The notes under the pieces are model-generated. The model was given only the letters and a program-made list of their open reading frames with translations, searched no databases and had not been told where the DNA came from. Shown piece by piece: positions 18,263-26,722 of a DNA stretch of 64,000 nucleotides. The DNA is from Planctomycetota bacterium. Lineage in GTDB: Bacteria; Planctomycetota; GCA-002687715; CAIWVZ01. Location: positions 32,001-96,000 of the forward strand of contig JBGANV010000011.1 of assembly GCA_044222185.1 (NCBI GenBank), written 5' to 3'. How positions within the stretch are numbered: position 1 is the stretch's first letter; every line of letters begins with the position of its first letter. The translations under genes were made by a program, and so were the position numbers.

Positions 18263-18565
18263 GAAATCTCTCCACGTCCATGGGATGTGGGCGGGATTGT
18301 ACTCAGGGTCGCCGGCTCGCCCGGCGAGCGCGCCGCACGGACGCCTGACGCTGCGCACGAGGTGCCGCGCCGTCGTACATGCGCCCGGACTGGCCTCCGG
18401 AACAGACCGCGAGAACGCTGAGAGGCGGGTCCCTCTCTCCGTAGCCGAAGCTACTGCCGACGAACCGAGCAGGCTACGAACTCGAGCTAATGTCGCCGAA
18501 GGACGTAGATCGGGATAAGTGCGCTCCGGCGTTCGAATCCGTCCCACTTCACCAAGCGAGATGCC

Positions 18566-19513
18566 ATGCGGCCGAAGCCCACTCGTTTCCTGTTGCCACT
18601 TGCCGCGCTTTCCGTGCTGATCGCGGCCAGCGTCGTCCCACGCAGCGCGAATGAAAATCAACCGAATGCACCCACCGCCCGACCCGCGAAAGATGGCGTG
18701 ACCATCGCGCTGGCCGACTGGCCGGCGTCACAGGCCGCTCGCCGCGGCCGGGTGGTTTACGAGGAGAACTGCATCGGGTGCCACGGTCAGGAAGGCAAGG
18801 GCGACGGCCCCGCATCCCTCAACCTGAATCCCGTGCCGCGCAACTTCCAGAAGGCCAAGTTCAAGTTCCGCTCGTCCGAGTCGGGACAGCTGCCCTTCGA
18901 AGAGGACCTGCTGCGAACCGTCGAATGCGGCCTGCCGGGCTCGTCGATGCCGGGCTTCCCGCTGCTGCCTCAGCAACAGCGCAAGGATGTGGTCGCCTAC
19001 GTCCTCGACGTGGCCGTCTTCGGACGAGCCAAGGTCCTGGCGGAGGCACAGGCTCAGGATGAAGGCCTCACCCGCGAGCAACTCGTGGCGAAGATGCCCG
19101 AGCTCGCTGAGAAGACCCGCGCGAGTCAGCTCGGCGGGCGCAAGAAGGTGATCGTTCCGCCGGCCGTGCCGGCGACGCCCGAGCTCATCGAGCGCGGTCG
19201 CCAGCTGTATGCGAAGCAGTGCGCATCCTGCCACGGAGACACGGGTCGCGGCGACGGCACGTCAGCCTTCGCACTCCGCGACTGGTCGGACGCGGAGATC
19301 CGCCCGCGTGACTTCACGACCGGCGTGTTCCGCGCGGGCAGCACCGCACAGGACCTGTTCCTGCGCATGCGCACCGGGCTCAACGGAACACCCATGCCCG
19401 CGTCCAACGAGAACGACGAGACCGTGTGGTCCATCGTTCATTACATCCTCAGCCTCAAGACCCCAGGCACCATCCCGAACACGCGACGGATGGGCTGCGA
19501 CCGCGGGAACTGA
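18566..19513 (+). CDS. Diheme cytochrome c associated with cbb3 oxidase
   Basis: Signal/anchor, two CxxCH motifs (CIGCH, CASCH), each followed by PRNF/PRDF and a distal Met (SSMPGF, TPMPA). Confidence 0.9.
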   Translation: MRPKPTRFLLPLAALSVLIAASVVPRSANENQPNAPTARPAKDGVTIALADWPASQAARRGRVVYEENCIGCHGQEGKGDGPASLNLNPVPRNFQKAKFKFRSSESGQLPFEEDLLRTVECGLPGSSMPGFPLLPQQQRKDVVAYVLDVAVFGRAKVLAEAQAQDEGLTREQLVAKMPELAEKTRASQLGGRKKVIVPPAVPATPELIERGRQLYAKQCASCHGDTGRGDGTSAFALRDWSDAEIRPRDFTTGVFRAGSTAQDLFLRMRTGLNGTPMPASNENDETVWSIVHYILSLKTPGTIPNTRRMGCDRGN

Positions 19514-19515
19514 CC

Positions 19516-20967
19516 ATGACATCCATAGCTGCAACACTCGAATCTGCTGGGGCCGTGGATCAGCCCCTCGTTCACAAGAAACTGGTCCAGTGGCACCTCA
19601 TCTGCGGCTTGTTCTTCTTCCTCACGTCCGTCGTGTGGGGAGCGCTGTTCTCGCTGCAGTTCCTCGACCTCTACCCGCTCCAGGGCATCTCGTTCTTCAG
19701 CCCGGGCCGCGTGCGCCTCTTGCACACGAACGAAGTGGCCTACGGGTTCCTCGTGAACGGCTTCCTCGGAATCCTCTACTACGTGATTCCCCGCCTGACG
19801 GGCCGCCCGGTCCTGAGCGAAAAGCTCGGGTGGCTCATCCTCGTCGTCTGGCAGACCGTGACGCTGCTGACCTCCATCGGCCAGTTGCTCGGGTTCACCC
19901 AGGCCATCGAGTGGGGTGAGACGCCGACGGGATTCCGCCCGGGCTCGTGGGACCTGAACTACGTCCCGGTGGACTTCCTCATCGAGCTGGGAGCGATCCT
20001 GGTCGCGCTCCAGTTCCTCACTCCGATCTTCAAGTCCGTCCACCAGCGCATGTACGTGTCGCTCTGGTACTACTCGTCGGGAATCGTGTGGCTCATCCTC
20101 ACCTACGTGATGGGCAACACGCTCGGCGAGTGGGTCTTCGCCGGCAGCTCGGGCGCGGCGACGGGAGGACTGTTCATTCACGACCTCGTCGGGCTGTTCG
20201 TGACGCCGATGGGTTGGGGATCGATGTACTTCTTCGTGCCGATCATCCTGCGCAAGCCCATCTGGAGCCATGCGCTGTCGGTCATCGGATTCTGGGCGCT
20301 CGCGTTCTTCTATCCGTTGAACGGCGTGCACCACTTCCTCCTGTCATCGATCCCCATGTCGGTGCAGTACGGCGCGGTCATCTCCACGATGGCCGTCGAG
20401 ATCGTCGTCACCACCGTGATCGTCAACTTCTTCGGCACCATGTGGGGAAGCGGCCACGCGCTGCGCAGCAACCTCCCCATCCGCTGGTTCTACACGGGCA
20501 TGGTCCTCTACTTCATCACGTGTCTGCAGTGCGCCTTCCAGACGACGCTGACGTTGCAGGAGATCATCCACTTCACGGACTGGGTCCCGGGACACGCGCA
20601 CCTCGTCATGCTCGGCGTGTTCGCGTTCTGGATCATCGGCGTGACGACGTGGCTGTGGCCGCGCCTCACCGGCAACGAGTGGTACAGCCGGCACCTGAAC
20701 GGTTGGCACTACTGGCTGTCGACGATCGGGCTCTTGATCATGTTCCTCGATCTGCTCTCGGCAGGTCTCGTGGCGGGCTACATGCAGAAGAACCTCTCGC
20801 CGTGGCTGCAGATCCTGTCCGCGCTCAAGCCGTTCTGGTGGATCCGCGGATTCGCGGGCGCCATGATCGTCGCGGGCCAGTTCATCTTCGCCTGGAACCT
20901 CTACAAGACTGCGCGGACGCCGAAGCCGTACGACTACCGCGTCGACCTCGTGTCGGGAGCTGCGTGA
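19516..20967 (+). CDS. ccoN: cbb3-type (C-family) heme-copper oxidase subunit I
   Basis: Polytopic membrane protein with RLLHTN, IHDLVG, FYPLNGVHHF and TDWVPGHAH histidine ligands. Followed by ccoO. ATG 19516. Confidence 0.92.
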   Translation: MTSIAATLESAGAVDQPLVHKKLVQWHLICGLFFFLTSVVWGALFSLQFLDLYPLQGISFFSPGRVRLLHTNEVAYGFLVNGFLGILYYVIPRLTGRPVLSEKLGWLILVVWQTVTLLTSIGQLLGFTQAIEWGETPTGFRPGSWDLNYVPVDFLIELGAILVALQFLTPIFKSVHQRMYVSLWYYSSGIVWLILTYVMGNTLGEWVFAGSSGAATGGLFIHDLVGLFVTPMGWGSMYFFVPIILRKPIWSHALSVIGFWALAFFYPLNGVHHFLLSSIPMSVQYGAVISTMAVEIVVTTVIVNFFGTMWGSGHALRSNLPIRWFYTGMVLYFITCLQCAFQTTLTLQEIIHFTDWVPGHAHLVMLGVFAFWIIGVTTWLWPRLTGNEWYSRHLNGWHYWLSTIGLLIMFLDLLSAGLVAGYMQKNLSPWLQILSALKPFWWIRGFAGAMIVAGQFIFAWNLYKTARTPKPYDYRVDLVSGAA

Positions 20968-20968
20968 T

Positions 20969-21835
20969 ATGGACCGCCTCAACCAGATCCTTCTCGTAGC
21001 CGGTCTCGGCTGTTTCGTCTTCGCCTTCCTGCTGTCGGGGCTCTACCCCTACATGATCACGGACGGCAAGACTCCGGAGGCGACGTACGCGCAGGTCGCG
21101 CAGGTCGTCTCGCCTGACTTCAAGGACCTGAAGGACGCCTTCCCGAACGATTTCACGAAGGCGTTCCAGGGTGCGGAAGCAGCGATGACGCCCCGCGAAC
21201 TCGCCACGATCCCCGCCAACGACCCGCGCCGCGCAGGCAGCGAGGACGCGTGGCGCAAGATCTACGCGACGGCGCTCCGTGACGGCCGCGACCTCTACAT
21301 CGCCGAAGCCTGCTGGCACTGCCACAGCCAGTACGTCCGTGCCGTCTCCAACGAGGACGTGCGCTGGGGTCCGCCCAGCACGAGCGAGCAGGACAACAAC
21401 GCCCTGCAGCGCCCCGTGCTGTGGGGCACTCGTCGCGTCGGTCCGGACCTCACCTATGAAGGCGGCGTCCGGTCGAACGACTGGCACATCGCCCACTTCC
21501 TCGATCCGAAGAGCACGTCGCCCGGTTCGGTCATGCCGGCCTACACGTGGTATTTCGCCTCGGGTTTCGAGGTCCGCCGCAAGGTGGCACCCGACATCGC
21601 CGAACGCGAAGGCATCGCACCGGACAAGAGCTACAGCTACCCCGGCATCTACGACACCAGGCAGGAGGCCGAGCGAGCGATGGAGCAGATCCGCACCTCG
21701 CTGCCGAACACGCTTGCCGGCGAGCGAGATCGCCTGTTCGTCGCGGAGGCCCAGCGGCCGACCGCCAAGCTCCTCTCCCTGATCGCGTACCTCCAGTGGC
21801 TGGGCACGTGGCAGCCGCAGAAGGCGGAGCGCTGA
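20969..21835 (+). CDS. ccoO: cbb3-type oxidase subunit II (monoheme)
   Basis: GRDLYIAEACWHCHSQYVR, LWGTRRVGPDL, SPGSVMPAY. Confidence 0.92.
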   Translation: MDRLNQILLVAGLGCFVFAFLLSGLYPYMITDGKTPEATYAQVAQVVSPDFKDLKDAFPNDFTKAFQGAEAAMTPRELATIPANDPRRAGSEDAWRKIYATALRDGRDLYIAEACWHCHSQYVRAVSNEDVRWGPPSTSEQDNNALQRPVLWGTRRVGPDLTYEGGVRSNDWHIAHFLDPKSTSPGSVMPAYTWYFASGFEVRRKVAPDIAEREGIAPDKSYSYPGIYDTRQEAERAMEQIRTSLPNTLAGERDRLFVAEAQRPTAKLLSLIAYLQWLGTWQPQKAER

Positions 21836-21837
21836 AC

Positions 21838-22152
21838 ATGGACCGACCCATCGAGACCTCCCGTCAGAGTGTTCGCCGTCGATGGATCCTCAGGGTCTTC
21901 CTCGTCGGAGCGATCCTCTCCGGCGTCGGATTCGCGGTGAAGATCTTCGAGTTCCTGCAGGACCTGCTGAACTCGAACGGCCTTCACTTCGCCGGCGCCC
22001 ACCTCGCCGTCTACGCCTTCGTCGCGGGCGGCTTCCTTCTGCTCTTGACCTACGGGTTCCTGAAGGGCCACTTCTCCGACATTGAAAAACCGAAGTTCGA
22101 CATGCTCGAACGGGAGATCACCAATGACCGACAAGAGTTCGGGCGATCTTGA
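21838..22152 (+). CDS. Small membrane protein, CcoS/FixS-like C-terminus
   Basis: Two TM helices followed by KGHFSDIEKPKFDML, resembling the FixS GQFDD motif. Located within the cco operon. Confidence 0.7.
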   Translation: MDRPIETSRQSVRRRWILRVFLVGAILSGVGFAVKIFEFLQDLLNSNGLHFAGAHLAVYAFVAGGFLLLLTYGFLKGHFSDIEKPKFDMLEREITNDRQEFGRS

Positions 22153-22312
22153 GGCCGCGGCCGGCAGCGATCAGAAGGAGTACCCGTTCGGGTACGGCCA
22201 CGGACGCATGCCGTTCTTCATGAAGGTCGTGTGGGTTGCCTTCCTGGCCTTCTGCACCTGGTACATCGTTCAATACCTGTTGACCGCCGTTGGCAAGGAA
22301 CTCGCGAAGTGA
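22124..22312 (+). CDS. Small single-TM cbb3 accessory protein (CcoQ- or CcoP-N-terminus-like)
   Basis: 62 aa: EYPFGYGHGRMPFFMKVVWVAFLAFCTWYIVQY. Overlaps both neighbours. Confidence 0.6.
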   Translation: MTDKSSGDLEAAAGSDQKEYPFGYGHGRMPFFMKVVWVAFLAFCTWYIVQYLLTAVGKELAK

Positions 22313-24476
22313 ACCGCACGACGAACGATTCCACTCGCAAGCGGAGTCGTTCGTCTGCACGCACTGCGGACTGGAGATACCGGTCCGCAGTCGCAGCGTG
22401 GCGCCCACGCCCGGGCAGCCGCTTTTTTGCTGCGTAGGCTGTCGCCTCGCCGCGGCCGTCGGCGGTCGCACGGACGGTGTCCGCAAGTTCCTCGAGGCGC
22501 GCCTCCTCCTTTCCGCGTTCCTCTCCATGGGCGTCATGGAGTTCACGCTCGTTCTTTACGGCGAGGGGTTCTACGACGTGGCCTCGGATCCGTCGGCGGC
22601 ACTCTTCCGGCGCCTGGGGCAGTTCGGCATCGCCGCCTTCGCGTTCCCTGTGATGCTGCTGCTCGGCGTGCCGCTCATGCGCGGCGCGTGGGCCGATCTG
22701 CGCCAAGGCCTGGTGCGCATGGACGGACTCATCGTCATCGGCACCGTTGCCGCGTTCGCGCTCTCGGTCTACCACACGATCATCGGCGTCGGCCAGGTGT
22801 ACTACGAGACGGCGACCATGGTCCTCGTGCTCGTGATGTTCGGGCGGCGGCTCGAGGCGCACGCTCGGTCGCAAGGGCGCGAGGCCGCGAAGGCCCTTCG
22901 ACTCGCGCTTCCCGAACGCGCACACCGCGTGACGTCCGCCTCCGAGACGGCTGACGTGGATGCGGATGCACTCGTCGCGGGCGACCGGATCCGGATCCTT
23001 CCCGGGGAGAACATCCCGGCCGACGTGCGGATCGACGCAGGGTCGAGCGCCGTCGTCGCCAGCCACCTGACGGGCGAGGAACGGCCCGTCGACGTGACCA
23101 CCGGAGCGGACGTCCCCGCTGGCGCGATCAACGGATTCGGTGCGCTCGATGCCACCGTCGTGCGACCGTGGCGCGACGGGGGTCTCGGGCGGATCCTCGC
23201 GCACCTGGACTCCCCTCTCCCGCCGACGCGACTGAGCCGGCTCGTGGATCGCATCGCGACGCACCTCGTGTGGATCTCGTTGGCGCTGGCGATCGTCGGC
23301 GGAATCCGCTCCGGCTTGCTCGGCGGCGCGGGCGCCGGACTGCGAACGGCCCTCTCCGTGCTCGTGGTCGCCTGCCCATGCGCCCTCGGGCTCGCGACGC
23401 CGCTGGCGTTTCGGGCCACGCGCGCCTCACTCGCGCGGCGGGGCGTACTCGTTCGCGATCCGGTGGCGATGGAGGTTGCGCCATCCATCGGCGCCGTCCT
23501 CCTCGACAAGACCGGCACGCTGACGTCGCCCGCGCCCAAGTTGCGCGCGACCGCCGCCAGTGATCCGGCCGCGTTCGCATGTCTGCGGACGCTCGTCAGC
23601 CACTCGGGACACGCGCTCGGCGCCGGACTCGACCGCTCCGGTGCGGCACCGGCGCAGCTTCGAGTCGTTCCGGGGTGCGGCGTCGAAGGCGTCGTCGACG
23701 GAGTGTTCGGCCGTGCCGGCAGTCCGCGCTGGCTCCAATCCCTCGGGGCGACGGCGTCCGCGGCGTTGGGGGCCGAACTCGCGGAGATCCAGGCGAGTGG
23801 CGACTCGGCGATCGCGTTCGCCTCCGACGGCACCGTCCGCGCCGTCGCGGCCGTCGCACACGAGATCCGCCCCGGCGCGCGGGAGATGGTCAACGCGTTC
23901 CGCCAGCGCGGGATCCAAGTGGAGATCGCATCCGGCGATCGCAAATCCGCCGTCGCGGACGTCGCCGCCAGTCTCGGGATCGGCTTTCTCGCCGAGCTCG
24001 CTCCGGATCAGAAGCTCGCGCGGCTCGAAGCGATTCGGGCGAGCGGGTTGCGCGTCATGTCGGTGGGTGACGGCGTCAACGACGCCCCCATTCTTCGCGC
24101 GGCCGACGTGGGCGTGGCGGTGGCGACCGGGACGGCGGTTGCGCGCTCGCAGGCCCAGGTCGAGATCGTTGGCGACGACCTGCGAGGTCTGTGGCGGTTC
24201 CACCAGTCATCCGTCACGTTGAAGCGGACGGTCTACGGCAACATCGCGTGGTCGCTCATCTACAACGGCGCGGCGCTGGCGTTCGCGACCATGGGCCGCC
24301 TCCATCCGGCGGTCGCCGCGGCGGCCATGGTGATCTCGAGCGTCGTCGTGAGCGTACGCTCCTACCGGTTGATGGAGCCCGCGCCGGCACCGGTGAATCC
24401 AGCGCCGGCATCGGAGCACGGCCGCCAGTCTGTACCGCCGCAGCCATCCGCCCTGGCGACGGGGGCGACACCATGA
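22290..24476 (+). CDS. ccoI: P1B-type heavy-metal (Cu) ATPase, CcoI/FixI-like
   Basis: N-terminal CTHC...FCCVGC, LTGE, ACPCALGLATP, DKTGT, GDGVNDAP. TTG start. Confidence 0.88.
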   Translation: MARNSRSEPHDERFHSQAESFVCTHCGLEIPVRSRSVAPTPGQPLFCCVGCRLAAAVGGRTDGVRKFLEARLLLSAFLSMGVMEFTLVLYGEGFYDVASDPSAALFRRLGQFGIAAFAFPVMLLLGVPLMRGAWADLRQGLVRMDGLIVIGTVAAFALSVYHTIIGVGQVYYETATMVLVLVMFGRRLEAHARSQGREAAKALRLALPERAHRVTSASETADVDADALVAGDRIRILPGENIPADVRIDAGSSAVVASHLTGEERPVDVTTGADVPAGAINGFGALDATVVRPWRDGGLGRILAHLDSPLPPTRLSRLVDRIATHLVWISLALAIVGGIRSGLLGGAGAGLRTALSVLVVACPCALGLATPLAFRATRASLARRGVLVRDPVAMEVAPSIGAVLLDKTGTLTSPAPKLRATAASDPAAFACLRTLVSHSGHALGAGLDRSGAAPAQLRVVPGCGVEGVVDGVFGRAGSPRWLQSLGATASAALGAELAEIQASGDSAIAFASDGTVRAVAAVAHEIRPGAREMVNAFRQRGIQVEIASGDRKSAVADVAASLGIGFLAELAPDQKLARLEAIRASGLRVMSVGDGVNDAPILRAADVGVAVATGTAVARSQAQVEIVGDDLRGLWRFHQSSVTLKRTVYGNIAWSLIYNGAALAFATMGRLHPAVAAAAMVISSVVVSVRSYRLMEPAPAPVNPAPASEHGRQSVPPQPSALATGATP

Positions 24477-25147
24477 CCGTCGCTGCCGCACTCGTCACGG
24501 GGTTCCTCTTCGCGCTCGTGAACGCGGCGCACTGTGCCGGCATGTGTGGCGCGTTCGCGCTGCGGACCACGGCGTCGCCGCCGGCGTTCGCGCGGTTCTC
24601 GCTCTATGGCGCGGGCAAGCTCTTCACGTACATGTTCCTCGGATCGCTCGCGGGATTCCTCGGCGCCTCCGTCCTCAAATTCGGGGGACGCGCGCAGGTC
24701 GTGCTCGGGGTGGCCGTCGGCGCATGGCTCGCGCTCGCGGGAATCCGACTCCTCCGCAATCGGGCCGGCGCAACGGCCGGAGGTGCGGCGCTCGGTCAGT
24801 TTCTGCAACCGATCCTCGGAGGCATCAGGGAGGGCGAACTCCCCGGCGGCACGTTCGCCCTCGGTGCACTGACGAGCCTCCTCCCATGCGGTGTCGTGTA
24901 CGCGGCCGCGCTGCAAGCGGCGGCCACCGGAAATGTGCTGAGTGCCGTCGCGCTCATGTTCGGCTTCGGCGCGGGAACGTTGCCCGCCCTGGCTGGTGTC
25001 GCGTGGGTGGGTCGGGGATTCTCACGCCGGATCCCGGCCGCGGCATTTCGCCTGTTCGCCGGATCGATCATCCTTCTCATGGCTGCCGTGACGATCACTC
25101 GAGCGGTCATGCCACTTTTCACGAAGACAGGGTCATGCTGCCACTGA
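24473..25147 (+). CDS. DsbD_2/TauE-like membrane protein of cbb3 assembly clusters
   Basis: HCAGMCG and LLPCGVVY motifs, FGAGTLP. ATGA overlap with ccoI. Confidence 0.88.
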   Translation: MTVAAALVTGFLFALVNAAHCAGMCGAFALRTTASPPAFARFSLYGAGKLFTYMFLGSLAGFLGASVLKFGGRAQVVLGVAVGAWLALAGIRLLRNRAGATAGGAALGQFLQPILGGIREGELPGGTFALGALTSLLPCGVVYAAALQAAATGNVLSAVALMFGFGAGTLPALAGVAWVGRGFSRRIPAAAFRLFAGSIILLMAAVTITRAVMPLFTKTGSCCH

Positions 25148-26127
25148 AGGACGTGGACCGCGTTCGCGTGCTCTCCGCCGTCGCCAAGCGTGGGGCCGTG
25201 TTTCAGGTCGTGCGGATCGCCGTCATCACGGCGTCCCTCGCGATCCTGCTCGCGATCCCCCTCTGCGAGCTGGTACGCATCGATCTCTGGCGCGGCCACC
25301 ACATCCTCCTCGGCCGCCAGGTCGACATCATCGCGGGGCTCAAGGGGTTCTGCGTCGCCATGGCGGTGCTCTACGGCCTGACGTTCCTGACGAACATGGT
25401 CGTCGGTCGGTTCTTCTGCGGATGGGGGTGCCCCGTCGGATACGTGAGCCGGCTCGGTGAGGACGTGGACCTGAAGAAGGGCAAGCGCCGCCGAGTGCTC
25501 AAGCATCTCGCCGGCGCGGGATTCGTCGCGACGTTCGTGGCGGCGGTCATGCTGTGGTGGGTCGATCCGCGCGTCATGGTCGACGGCTCGATGACGGCGC
25601 GGCTCGTCACAGCGGGCGTGTTCGTCGCTCTGTGGGCTGGTGGGTTCCTCCACGCGTTCGTCTGGCGGTTCGGGTTCTGCCGCAGTGTCTGCCCCATCGG
25701 GATCTACTACCAGTACGTCACCTCGAAGGCGCCCATCGGCATCGTGTTCGAGGAGGTGCCCAATCCCTGCATCCACTGCGGCGCGTGTGAGAAGGTCTGC
25801 CCCGTCGACCTGGATCCAAAGGCGCTCGGACATGAGATCCCCGACTCGGTGATCGAGACCGTCGACTCGGAGCCCGTCCGCTACGGCGACGCCGAGTGCC
25901 TGCGCTGCGGCGACTGCATCGAGGCCTGCAAGATGGTGTTTGCGAAGGACGAGACGGCCATCCCGCCGCTGCGGTTCGGGAAACTTCACGACGAGATCGG
26001 CAAGCCGCCCGAGGGTGGTGCCTGCCCGACGTCGAGCGCGCCGCGCAAGGCGATCGGAACGAGGCCGAAGACCGCGGAACGGCATCCGACCGCGCCGGTG
26101 AGCGACGAGATCAGCAGGCCTCGCTGA
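25135..26127 (+). CDS. ccoG: Membrane 4Fe-4S protein, CcoG/FixG-like
   Basis: GRFFCGWGCP, FCRSVCP, CIHCGACEKVCP, CLRCGDCIEAC. Confidence 0.82.
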   Translation: MLPLKDVDRVRVLSAVAKRGAVFQVVRIAVITASLAILLAIPLCELVRIDLWRGHHILLGRQVDIIAGLKGFCVAMAVLYGLTFLTNMVVGRFFCGWGCPVGYVSRLGEDVDLKKGKRRRVLKHLAGAGFVATFVAAVMLWWVDPRVMVDGSMTARLVTAGVFVALWAGGFLHAFVWRFGFCRSVCPIGIYYQYVTSKAPIGIVFEEVPNPCIHCGACEKVCPVDLDPKALGHEIPDSVIETVDSEPVRYGDAECLRCGDCIEACKMVFAKDETAIPPLRFGKLHDEIGKPPEGGACPTSSAPRKAIGTRPKTAERHPTAPVSDEISRPR

Positions 26128-26722
26128 ACGCCCCACCGGCCCGGCGCGGCGGGACACCAGGCCGCCGACCGGGACTGCAACACGCCCGGGTTTCGTGGCG
26201 AGCGAATGGGCAGCCTCGCCACGGACCGCGGCGACCTCGAAACGAAGGGCCGGAGACACGATCGCCGCCCGAGCTGCGACGCCGACGACCCGACCCGGCA
26301 TCCCGGACGGCTGCGGCCGCCACCCGACGGCGCCGCTCCGTCCGTGCGGATCGCTTCGGGCACCGGGGCCATTCTGCGCCGCGATCTCACCCTCGTGGCG
26401 CTCGTCCCGATCGTCTCAGGCTTGAGCGACGCCGGGCCCCTGGCCGGCCCAACGGACCTGCCGCCGATGCCCGCGGTTCAACCCGGGCGCGTGCGAGCCC
26501 GGGAGTGCGGGCAGCGGAGGCTCGGTCGCGCCCGATCGTCCAGATCGTTGCAACTCTGGCGCGGCCGGCGGCAACCCCAGAGGGCAACCCGTCGTCGTGC
26601 GCCCTCTCACCGGAACGGAAACGGGGAGTCCTGGTTGATGCGACGGGCACCCACCCTGACGATGCCCGCCGACCCGACGGCGCAGCGGGCGCGTCAGTTC
26701 AACGTCCAACGGAGTCCCGACC

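Noticed and set aside
18521-18554. tRNA/tmRNA-like 3' end (GTTCGAATCC...CACCA) at the edge of the NLR pair, a possible att site
   Set aside because: The T-stem does not pair (CGGCG vs CCGTC), no acceptor, D or anticodon arms could be built, and there is no matching copy or integrase on the other side.
18263-18661. N-terminal 133-aa extension of ORF 14939-18661
   Set aside because: It overlaps the divergent cytochrome c gene and is low-complexity. Homology to paralog A, the SD and the -10 box all point to ATG 18262.
19516-20967. Nitric oxide reductase instead of oxidase
   Set aside because: It lacks the NorB HLWVE glutamate motif, retains the helix VII Tyr, and sits with ccoO and Cu-delivery genes.
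26128-26722. Possible small gene or ECF promoter (GGAAC-N17-GTT near 26612) in the 600-bp gap
   Set aside because: The ORFs here are Arg/Pro-rich without motifs, and a single short promoter-like match is not distinguishable from chance.
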